Of a DNA stretch of 64,000 bases, positions 24,376 through 34,782 are shown piece by piece. The notes beneath the pieces were generated by a model. It was not told where the DNA came from. It did no database searches and was given only the letters and a program-made list of their open reading frames with translations. Source of the DNA: Oculina patagonica. Taxonomy: Eukaryota. Position numbers and translations under genes: made by a program. Position 1 is the first letter of the stretch. Every line of letters begins with the position of its first letter. Location: the NCBI RefSeq assembly GCF_052425735.1, contig NC_135763.1, forward strand, positions 3,658,001-3,722,000, read 5' to 3'.

Positions 24376-24648
24376 TCACAACAGCCCAACATTAATTAAG
24401 AGATAGCGAACTATCAGCTCTCTTCGTAACTCTGCAAGTGATGTTCCATGGCGTCGGTCTTCCTCTTCCATCACAAAACAAATCGCTGCTCGCCTTCGCC
24501 TAGCTGCTTTCAATTTGGGTGGTTGGTTGCTGCAGATCTCCTTGTCAGTCACACTTGGTCGTTTCTTCTTAACATTACCATTTTGCCTTGCTTTACTCTT
24601 GAAAATCTGTGATCCCTTTGCTCGACTAAATCCAGATACGGCAGGCAT
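24376..24648 (-). CDS. Microprotein family copy 3 (5' end replaced; 90 aa from first ATG; RRRRAAIC); possibly a pseudogene
   Basis: Homology to copy 2 ends at a TTAA near 24672; first in-frame ATG at 24648; AATAAA at 24145-24150 (minus). Confidence 0.5.
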   Translation of the reverse strand: MPAVSGFSRAKGSQIFKSKARQNGNVKKKRPSVTDKEICSNQPPKLKAARRRRAAICFVMEEEDRRHGTSLAELRRELIVRYLLINVGLL

Positions 24649-26027
24649 TTTCACTTTAGATAGATTAGTCCTTAAGCAGTTTAAGGCGTGAGTCAGGAGT
24701 TTAAAGCAAACTAATGGTTGATCAAGCAAATCTCTGGTAGCTCCAACGAGTTACTGCAATGATTTTGAGGGATTAAAATATCAACAACCTCAGGGCCGTT
24801 TTTAGCAATCTTCGTTTAAAAACGATGAGTTTCCGATTTTTATTAACCAATCAAAGAAAAGCACGAGCACACGAGAGAGCTACGAAATTTGTCACGCATT
24901 TACGTTACGATCAGTTGCTAAGCAACTTTATGCCGAAGACTGTCCGCCGGACAGAGGATTGGTCTTGGACTCCCGGTACTTGTTCCCCTGTCTGCAGAAA
25001 TAATTACTTGTGTCATTTCGACTTTACGTAATCGTTTTATGTATAATTTTGTGACAGAGAGAATTTGTTTCTTTTAATTTTTTATAAAGAGCAATTATTA
25101 CTCCTTTTACTCTAGGATGTCACTTCAAAAATGAAAACGTGACGTCATTAAAACAGGCAATTAGTTGTCATGGTAATTAATTATCGTTTTGTTCTAACTA
25201 AGCTGTGACGTAAGTAGTTTGAATCGCGAAAATAGGATAGAAAACAAACAAACAGACGCAGCAAGTTTCATTTCTCAGTCGACAAGTAAACTCCAAAAAA
25301 CTAAAACTGTTTGAATTCACTCTAATTTATGAAATGAAACAATTTTGAGGCGAATAACTTTGGAGCGAGGCAGCAAATTTTGGGCGGTCCTTTTCAACTG
25401 GCATGGCGGGCTTCCGCGTTTCCAGTCGATCGTAAACATTACTCTCTTTTGCAAAAAAAAAGGCAAGGAGATTGAAAATGAAAAGCGAAAAAAACAAAAA
25501 CTCGAGCATGCTATAACTTACTGTAGTCTGCAATCAAAATTGTAATGACAACCGGTTTTTAGCTCCGTTTTCAGTAATCTGTTGATGATAAACTCAGAGA
25601 AAAAAAATCTTAGTAGTTTTTTTTGTTGTTTGTGGTAGTTTTATGTAGGAGAAAAATAACCTTGAAGAGAAAGCATTGGTAAGGTTGAAAAATTTTGAGT
25701 GAGGAACTTAAGTGACTGGCCCAAAATGGGTTTAAAAAGTGACTCGGGACTGAGAAATTTAAGTTGGCAACGTATACTATATTTAAGAGGTAAAAAAGCG
25801 ATTTTGTGATTTTATTCCTTCTCGATCGATCCGATCGAGGTGTTCTATTTACTTAAAAATAACAATAATAGAAAAAGATTTAATGTAATAAAACCGATAT
25901 ATTGATGAAAAGAAAAGAGCGAGAAAAACACACGTATATTCAAGTTAGCATTACTGCAGTGTTTGAACAAATTCTTCAGTTCAGTTCGCTTCATATCAGT
26001 TCAATAATTCAGGTGACAGCGACTTCA

Positions 26028-26348
26028 TCACATCAGTTCGATATTGGTCAAGAGGTACCTGATTATCAGCTGTCTTCTCGACTCTGCAAGTGATATTCCA
26101 TGGCGTCCGTCTTCCTCTTCCATCACAGAACAAATCGCTGCTCGCCTGGCTGCCTCAAATTTGGGCAGTTTGTTGTTGCCGTTTCCTGGTTGTTTCACTT
26201 CAACTGCGCCTTTTCCGTTTGTTTTATTCTTGGAAAGACGTAATCGTTTTGCTCGGTTCAGATGTGAACTCAAACTTTGGCGAAATCGTCTTACAGCAGG
26301 CTTGTTCATCTGAAATGTAACAGTCTTTCGTCGTCGACTTCGCTTCAT
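26028..26348 (-). CDS. Microprotein family copy 4 (106 aa; RRRKTVTF and RRAAIC)
   Basis: ATG at 26348 aligns with the copy 1 ATG and gives the same 321-nt length. Confidence 0.7.
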   Translation of the reverse strand: MKRSRRRKTVTFQMNKPAVRRFRQSLSSHLNRAKRLRLSKNKTNGKGAVEVKQPGNGNNKLPKFEAARRAAICSVMEEEDGRHGISLAESRRQLIIRYLLTNIELM

Positions 26349-26699
26349 GGCTCCTTGCATTTGGGCTCTTCGGACTCGTTCACTTGAGTTCCGTTTAAGT
26401 AACGTTGTGTTGTGATTGTTTCGTGTTTTGAGGGATTGAAAAACAAGAACGTGATTTATCAAAACAATCAAGGTATCTTGAGTCCTCAATCTTCTCGAAC
26501 AGCGGTTGGTCGCCGGGAGAAACTCTGGGATGATGGAGATTTTTTAACCGGGCGGGGCCTGGTTAAAATTTCCGACAAGGACAAGTAAGTTTGCTCTATT
26601 TCAACTATCGCCAGCGACGGTAAATGCGATAAAACAGCGACAAGGTACATTTTTAAATTTAGACATGCGACACGGGATCTTCCTTGGCAGGGCCTCTAA

Positions 26700-27218
26700 G
26701 GGCCTGTTTACATGATTTCGGAATGACTTTCATTCCGGAACGAAACTCGTTCTGGAATGAAGTTCGTTCTGCATTTATATGACAGAGTCGCCCGGTTCAA
26801 CCAAAGGCATTTTCACGTGCGTGGTTTTCGCGCGAGATCAAAACAAGATGGCGCATGCTTCGCGCAAACATGTGTTTGTGCTCATGAATGAGTAAATCGA
26901 CCATAGAGCTGCTTCTTTGGGCTAAACAGTAAATGCTATTACGTTTTTTCGCTCTGAATTCAAACTGTGGAGTCCGTATGCGGTTTCACGAGTTGCGGTT
27001 TCATCTCGGAACGAAATTGGTTCTGTGTTTACATGGTACCAGAATGAAATGTCATTCCAGAACGAAACTTTCATTCCGGAATGAAAACCGGAATGAACTC
27101 ATTTCGGAATGACCTGACGTTCGTCTCGGTATCATGTAAACAGATACAGAGAAATGTATGGGCATGGAATGAACTCGTTCCGGAATGAAAGTCATTCCGG
27201 AATCATGTAAACAGGCCC
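26700..27218. mobile_element. PIF/Harbinger-like MITE
   Basis: taa|gggcctgtttacatgatt..ggaatgactttcattccggaacga ... catgtaaacaggccc|taa; TAA TSD. Confidence 0.85.
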
Positions 27219-28694
27219 TAACTAGCAAGAGGCAGAAGGAAGAATCCTAGCTTCTAGTTTGCCAACTTTTCTGGAGGGAATGCTCTTAAAACCTCCCATC
27301 AAGATCTTGCCTCGTCTGTGCCAAAGGTCTGGATACGGGCCTGCAAGCCACAAACGATTACAAAAAAATCATGTTGACAGGTAAAACCTCTCTTCAACAC
27401 CATGTAGAAGCTTCCACTTTACTGTCACTGATCAGGTTCCAACTTTTTGTGCTTGGTAAACAGAATAAACGTGTTAAAATGGACTGTGTGAACAGAATCA
27501 CTTAGACAGATTGGTGGCAAGATGTCCGTAACTTGACCCAATTATCACAGGATTGGTCGACTTCCAACCGAAATACAGTATTCCGATCCCATTTCGATGA
27601 TTTCATAACATTAGCAAGGTCGTCCGCAGTTTTCTTCCTACTCCTCTTGAGTACACAAGAAGTTCAGGCGCAATTGTTGTTTTTAAATTTCTGAACTTTT
27701 TTTTTAAAAAAAAAAAAAAACAATTCTACCGTCTTTTTTTAGCCTGGCAGCAAACACGTTTTTTCTTTAGTGACTGAGTGTCTTTCGACTTTGTTAACTT
27801 GTTCAAGTCTTTGAGTCTTAAGACTCGTTTTGATTTTCTGCATCAAGCGGCGCCACTAGTCTTTTCTTGCAACAATAAAGACACGAAGCCACAAGAAGGA
27901 ATATTATAACACCTGTTAGTCCTATGACGGCGGGAACGTTCATTATGTACACGGCGGCTTTATCCGGGCAAACGCATCCTTACATGGTAAAATAAGAATA
28001 CCAGAGTCGTATACTCCACAAAGCACAGCTAAATGGGAAGGACTTCCAGTGTGGTTAAAAACATAAATAACGGCTCAGAAAAGCTAGTAATAAAATAATT
28101 GTAAATGAAGTTGAAGGTCATAAATATTTAACGAAGAGCAATTGATCGAGCTTGTCCCTCTATTTGTGCACACATTGGAACAGTTAATTTATTCAAACTG
28201 CGACAAACACTGTGACAACAATATCAGTTTTTTGAGAATGAAAACTGTCAGATATTCAAAATAAACCAGTATATGTATGAAAGCATGGTGAGAATTTATG
28301 TGAGGATTGTCAGGCATCGTAGAGTTTTGATAACTCCGAACATGGAAGCATTAGAAGCCTCGTAGTAATTACACAAAACAATAAACTACCTATACCTGCC
28401 TATAGCACCTAGGATTCTATCGAAACAATTGTTATACTCAAGGAGCTTTGTTTTTGTTTTCTTCGATGAAAGTACGTTTATGCACCTTGTTTGCCAATGA
28501 AAAGTTTCCAACTGCGTTTTGAGCCACATAAATAAAACACCTTTCTCAAAGTAAAAAATCTGTCAGTTCAAAGGTACGTTTATAATAAATTGTTATTTTT
28601 TATCAGCGACGCAGGCAGCGATATGTATTTTGAGATGTGATTTTTCAGCGCTTATGCACCCTTGTTTTTATCAAAAATTCTGACAAAGGGTCTC

Positions 28695-29293
28695 TAATCC
28701 AGCATTACAACCGATTACCTGTACATTAGAGTTGACAGTATTTCAGCATTATCTATCTACAACATTAATCACTTCTACACATTAGGGTAAACAATTTTCC
28801 TCCGAGATTTGGCGTTAATCACTACACAGATACATTAGTGTTGACAGTATTCCCATAATTATCTACTTACATAAAAACATTTACACATTAAAGATAACAA
28901 TACTTCAACAGATCTATTACCAAACTGGCATTCATCACTACAGTGGCTATATACATTAAAGTTAACGACATTATAATTATGGAAATCTAGAATTCGACAT
29001 ATTGGGCTGATTTGGAACTCACAGATTTAACTCTATTTGTAAATAAGGCCGATATAACACTACCATTAATATTACTGTTTGCCTGGACGCAGACATAGTT
29101 CTATTCAATTGGTGGCTCCTCACAGTAACATAAAATTTTCAAGAAGTTTTGAGTTTTCTTGGCTGAGTTATTTACATTTTACCGCATAAGTTATATTCTA
29201 TGTTCTTGACTTTCGCCCTCCAGAGTCTTCTTTTTTTCGTCTCTTGGATTGACATAAGTTTCCCTGGACGTTTTCTTCCCCTATCCTGTTCCC
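28695..29293 (-). pseudogene. Duplicated fragment of the GPCR-2 C-terminal tail and 3' flank
   Basis: Aligns with 30418-31022; encodes GNRIGEENVQGNL then shifts frame. Confidence 0.8.
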
Positions 29294-29388
29294 ATAGATT
29301 TTTACCCAAACTTCGCTTACTGGTTTTAAATTTTGAAATAAAAAAGGGGGGCACCACATTCGTTTAGGAGCAGGAAGACCTTGTATAT

Positions 29389-29685
29389 ATAATAAGGTCA
29401 GCTTCGAGCCAAAGCGGCACATACTGCCGGAGCTTATCCCGGTTTCCTTAGCATTAAGCAGCTAGGAGTATTTCTACTCCCCCCTGGATGGGATGCTAGT
29501 CCATCCCAGGGAACCCCCCAGCATTATTTCGCCGGTACCCATTTATACACCTGGGTGGAGAGAGGCACTATGAGAGTTAAATGTCTTGCCCAAGAACACG
29601 ACACAAGTGACCCTGGCCAGGGCTCGAACCCGGAACGCTCGCTCCGGAGTCCGACGCGCTAACCATTAGGCCACCGCGCCTCCCA
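29389..29685 (-). mobile_element. tRNA-derived SINE (family A-related) with 18-bp TSD
   Basis: Minus-strand head gggaggcgcggtggcctaatggttagcgcg; TSD caggaagaccttgtatat at 29371-29388 and 29686-29703. Confidence 0.9.
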
Positions 29686-30288
29686 CAGGAAGACCTTGTA
29701 TATTCCATATAATTCCTTTATAATTCCTCTGCGAGTACTGGCAAAGTACACGTTTTTAGCGATATTTTTCATTTTAAACATAGGAATTGTTCTGTTTTCA
29801 TTTTACAGAAAGAATTTGATTGTACACCCAAAATATGAGAAAAAATTGATAGGTCACTATACTCGTTTACGAGAAAGCGACAATTTACTTCTCTCGCGGA
29901 CTAAGCCGTTTAGAAAAAAGCCGCCATTTTGTTTATGTGCACGCGCTATAAATTACGCGTAAAATTCTGCGCAGCAAGGATGCGCAATGCAATACAGGGC
30001 AATGACCTTTACAATACAAGAGTGTGTGTGAGACAATGTACCAATGATTTTAGAACCCGCAATTAATATAAACCTTATTCTTCTACCAAAGAACCGTGGG
30101 CTTTTCACTTTTTCATTATTATTTTCTCACTGCACCGATACATTAGATTTATTAGATTTAACAATATTCCAGCATTATCTATCTACTAAAAAAAAAACAT
30201 TAACATCTACACCTATACATTACCAATGTTTCGAAGGAACATAAGGTTTTGACAAACAACACGATGCTTTACAAATACATTTTTCATT

Positions 30289-30331
30289 ACAAGACGTGTT
30301 TCTGATGAAACATCATCCATCCTCAGTTGCT
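30289..30331 (-). ncRNA. Minimal type I hammerhead ribozyme motif (Penelope-type)
   Basis: Minus strand gcaa CUGAGGA ug gaug auguuu cauc a GAAA cac GUC uugu. Confidence 0.55.
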
Positions 30332-30926
30332 ACAGAAGTCGCGTTGTTGAGTGATGAGTTTGCAATAAGTAGGATTACAAAGTGTGATGAAAACTAGAAT
30401 AATTACAGGCCGGCCTGTAATCCAGCATCATCTATCTACAAGTTCAGAATCACTACACCTGCACATTAGGGTTGACAGTTTTTCAGAATTATCTATCTAC
30501 AACTTTAAACACTTCTGCACCTTAGAGGTAACAATACTTTTCATTATCTGTGGTTAATCACTACACAGATACATTAGTGTTGACAGTAATCCCAATAATT
30601 ATCTAGTTAAACATGTTACACATTAAAGATAACAATACTTTAACAGATCTATTACCAAAATGGCATTCATCGCAAGAGTGGCTATATGCATTAAAGTTAA
30701 TGGAAATCTGGCATTCGACATGTTTGGCTGATTTGGAACTCACAGATTTAACAATATTCGGAAATAAGGCCAATAAAGCACTACCATTAATATTACTGAT
30801 TGCCTGGACGCAGACACAGTTCTATACAATTGGTGGCTCCTCACAGTTGACATAAAATTTTAAAGAAGTATTGTTCTTTTCTTGGCTGAGCTATTTACAT
30901 TTTACCTGCATTACCTGCATTACATT

Positions 30927-31976
30927 TTATGTTCTTTCTTGACTTTCGCCCTCCAGAGTCTCCTCTGTTTTCATCTCTTGACTTAAATTTCCCTGGACGT
31001 TTTCTTCCCCTATCCTGTTCCCGCCCCTTCTTCCTTTAGAGCAGATTGAAACCAGGATTTTCAGGTAGCCATCACGGTAATTCTTGTTGCTCAGCCCATA
31101 AATGAATGGATTCAAACAACTGTTGACAAAAACCAGAAGAGAGAGGATGTGGTGCAGTTTGGTATCCAGCCGGGTTTTTCCCGCCATTGCCAACGCGTAG
31201 TTTGTCTGACTTGGCGCGAAACAAACGATCAGCATAATGCAGGCGGCACCGACCATCCGCGTCATTTTCCCGCGCATTTTAGCCCTGCTTTCAGCTGAAG
31301 CCACTGTGGACTTGCTTGTCTTGTAAACCATGTGGACGAACAAGAACAGCATGGTGAAGCTTGGAAGCACCATTTTGAATAAGACTTGAATGACACCAAC
31401 AATACCGCGGACTGGTTGTTTACCCCAGAAAAGCTGCCATTTGCATCGTCGATTTGGAGGATTTGAGGAAACATATCCAACTTCGAACAGAGAGGTGCAA
31501 CAGAGAATCACCGACCACAGCCACACAAGGAAGATGTAAACCAGGGTTCGCTTCTGGTTGAAGGTCTCGCTGTATTTGTGAGGCTTGATCACTGCGTACC
31601 ACCGTTCCGTCGCCAAGGCCATACAGATATACGCCGAGAAAACCACCAGTTGGAAGAGAAACACACGGCTCCATATGACTCGGCAGAATATGTCTCCCAG
31701 AACGAGATTGGTTGGATAAGGAAACGCGTCACCAAGAACAAAAGCTGGGTTTGTGATGAGCAGGATGGCGGTCAGGACATCAGATATGGCCAAGGACAGG
31801 ATTAACATGTTGTATGACTTCTTCAAAAGCTTCTTGTCCCACACGAAGACAAGAATGACTAAAGTGTTTCCTATCAGACCTACGACGGCCAGGATGGAGT
31901 ATGTTGTACGTGTGAAGGTAGTTATTCCAGGTGGAGGTTGGTTCGGTGCAGCTGTGGACGAGTTAGAGATGTTCAT
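30927..31976 (-). CDS. Class A GPCR paralogue, 349 aa (GPCR-2)
   Basis: Same 7TM motifs as GPCR-1; N-terminal half almost identical. Confidence 0.95.
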   Translation of the reverse strand: MNISNSSTAAPNQPPPGITTFTRTTYSILAVVGLIGNTLVILVFVWDKKLLKKSYNMLILSLAISDVLTAILLITNPAFVLGDAFPYPTNLVLGDIFCRVIWSRVFLFQLVVFSAYICMALATERWYAVIKPHKYSETFNQKRTLVYIFLVWLWSVILCCTSLFEVGYVSSNPPNRRCKWQLFWGKQPVRGIVGVIQVLFKMVLPSFTMLFLFVHMVYKTSKSTVASAESRAKMRGKMTRMVGAACIMLIVCFAPSQTNYALAMAGKTRLDTKLHHILSLLVFVNSCLNPFIYGLSNKNYRDGYLKILVSICSKGRRGGNRIGEENVQGNLSQEMKTEETLEGESQERT

Positions 31977-32675
31977 ATTTGCCGGCAGGAGAAGCCCTCG
32001 ACTGCTGAGATAACACTCTAAGTTATTTCTTGGTGTTCACATTAACTATTCACAGGTATAATTTGCAATTTCAGATTTCCCTCGCCTTTCATTATTCTTC
32101 CTTTGATAAATCTACAAGAAATAAAACAAGGAGATAATGGTCATTAACACGCATCTTAGAGAAGACGCATTCCTACCTTGATATTTGTATTGTGTCTTGA
32201 TGCTGGACCATCGATATTAGCCCAGCAACGCTTTTGAGTTGACCCTAAACCATTAAACCGATTAAAACTGAATGACAGTCTTAAACGGAAATTATCACGT
32301 CGCTCTTGTAAAACAGCGATCTATTCCATTTGAGTACGGCTACAAGTCTGTGATTCGTCAACAAGAAACCAGAAAAAGCCACTAAATAACTAAATATTTT
32401 GACAGTGTTTAAGATTCCGTGCGTTAAAAACAGTCTATTGACTGACTTGCTTCCTTGTATGAACTCAGTGAGTCAAAGCTTTCAAATATTTTCAGTATTT
32501 TTTTTTTGAAGAAATCGCTTCAATGCAAGTGATTTCCCTGGTTAGTTCGGAATCAAATCAAGATCTTAGGAAACCCAAATTGAATACTGTTTTCAGTTTT
32601 GAGGAATTTACGATCAATGGCGAGGTTCAAATGGAAACACGACATGAGCACACAAACGTGAAAATGCGAAGATAA

Positions 32676-32919
32676 TAGAGAGATTTAGCATGACGTTATA
32701 AGGCAAATGGCAAACGCGAGCTTGCCTTTTATTTTGTTACCTTTATATCGAATTCTAAAATTAATCGCCCATAAAAACAGGGAAAAAATCCCACATTCAC
32801 AACAAACACAAAACTACTCATTTTTGCATATGAACGCCAAACCGCAGACGGCAGAAGTTAAATTTTTCGAGTATTTTTGCCGTTCGCGGGAAAAATAAAC
32901 GTCATGCTTAACCTCTCTA
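32676..32919. mobile_element. MITE
   Basis: tagagagatttagcatgacgtt ... aacgtcatgcttaacctctcta. Confidence 0.6.
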
Positions 32920-33624
32920 AAGTTTGCACGCGTCTCTTTTTGCCACGCGGAAAATGATACTTGCATCATTTTATAAAAAATTATTAAGTTTTTATTCCAT
33001 AAATCGTGGGAATTTTTTTTCCTTTTTCAGCCGACTTTAACGGTTAATCTAATAAGCCGTAAGAGCAGGCCTTGGATTAAACTTGTTTGGAAGTAGATTA
33101 TTTAGGACAAATTAAAAAATCAACTTTGCAAATATTTCAAAGGAGTTTTCTTCAAATGTAGATCAGTGGATCTAAAAAGATTCGAAGGAAAGTGTGGTTT
33201 CTTCAGATTGTCTTTATATGAACAAGAAGTTATTCGCTTAACTGCTTTTCGCCCAGTTCAGCAAAAAATCTTCAACACCCTGATTAATGATCAACTAATA
33301 GCATTTTTCAGCTGTGGTCAACGATTTCAGTTTTCCGCCGTTTATAGTTTAGAATTGCTCTGTAAGCGAGTGAACGAAAATATTTTAGTACCGACAATTT
33401 AGCAAACGATATGGCATGAATCTTCGTTTCTTGAAAGCAGATCGTTCGTAAAGTTGACCGTCTCACTCAGTAGAAATCCAACTCAGTCACTACTTATACA
33501 ACAACAACAACCACTTTACTTTGCCAAAATAAATAGAAATAATTACAGCATAAAATAAATTAACCAAAAGAGGCAAAAAAACTACCCAGAATATATATTT
33601 CCAATTACCCCCGATCTGCTCCCG

Positions 33625-33720
33625 TCTGGCCTTGTAGCCCAGTCGGTAGAGCAAGGGTGATCTAATGTGGAGGTTCTGGGTTTGAATCCTGCTGCGGTCA
33701 AAGAATTTTTCTTTGCCTCG
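33625..33720 (+). mobile_element. Decayed tRNA-like SINE head
   Basis: ggccttgtagcccagtcggtagagca...gggtttgaatcc. Confidence 0.5.
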
Positions 33721-33823
33721 TTTAGTACCCGATTTCCTTTATTGGGCTTAACGTCAGAAGGGAATCCTGGGTTATTTTCCAGCACTATAATTTACCTTAG
33801 CTAACTCTTTTCTTTCCAACTTA

Positions 33824-33960
33824 CCAGCAATGTTCAAAACTTTTACTAATCTTTTACTGCTCCGCTTATTCCTCGGTGGCTGTACGGTTTAATCCAGAAA
33901 ACGACCGGCCGTAAATTTTAACCATCTGCGGATCACCGTACCGATTGATGTTTTCCATCT
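33824..33960 (-). other. Probable non-coding 5'UTR exon of GPCR-2 (start approximate)
   Basis: Donor cattgctg|gtaagt; homologous to 14010-14154; acceptor ttcttgtag| at ~32112. Confidence 0.55.
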
Positions 33961-34603
33961 AGATGAGCTTTCAGTTGCTGTGATCTGCTTTATAGTAAGA
34001 CAAATGATATGTCAGTATGGAAAAGGGTTTTAATGCTAGCGTTGATTTATAGTTGTTAATTTCATTTCACATCCATTCACCTGCCCTGATACCGGCATTA
34101 AATGTATAATGCAGCCTTTCATTGGCCCACAGGTACGAAGTGATATGATGACGATGCATTGGGTGACAAGAGAAGATATCCTCTCTTTCGGATAATTACT
34201 CTGACTCATTGTTTTTCAGTTAAAACTCTGATTCATTGTTTTTCATTAAAAACTTTAGTTTGATGAATAAATCTGTACTAATGGTCGTAACAAACAAATT
34301 TCAGCTATGGTCGGGAAAGTACAAAAGGCTCAAAAGAACAGCTACTTTATAAAATATATTTTCTTAAGGCAAATAAATCAAAAGCACAAATGTACTGAGT
34401 TAAAGCATTCAGAAATCTGAAGTACAATCAAGACTCTGGCTTTGTTTTCAGATTAAAAAGAAATGCTGTTCGCCTTAAAAGAGGCTTTTTAATACAGAAT
34501 ACGGTAAGACGAAAAAACCTCTCAAAACAGAGTCAAGCAGAACGTTCTTCACATCCTGCTTGTTCAATTTTTAAGACCGACAACTTTCAGTTTACAGCAC
34601 TAC

Positions 34604-34782
34604 TAGCCAGCATAGCTTGGCGTTCTAGTCAGTCGGGGAGAGCGAGAAATCGCGCGCGCGAGCAAAAGCGACTTCTAGTCAGTCGGGGAGAGCGAGAAAT
34701 CGCGCGTGCGAGCGTCGCTTTTGCTCGTGCGCACGATTTCTCGCTCTCCCCGACTGACTGGAACGCCAAGCTACGCTGGCTA
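34604..34782. mobile_element. Palindromic MITE with 9-bp TSD and internal arm duplication
   Basis: tagccagc.tagcttggcgtt... / ...aacgccaagcta.gctggcta; TSD cagcactac at 34595-34603 and 34783-34791. Confidence 0.85.

Noticed and set aside
26349-26489. N-terminal extensions of the ORF-track calls for copies 3, 4 and 6
   Set aside because: They begin at TTG; for copies 4 and 6 paralogue alignment puts the start at the downstream ATG, and for copy 3 the upstream sequence is unrelated.
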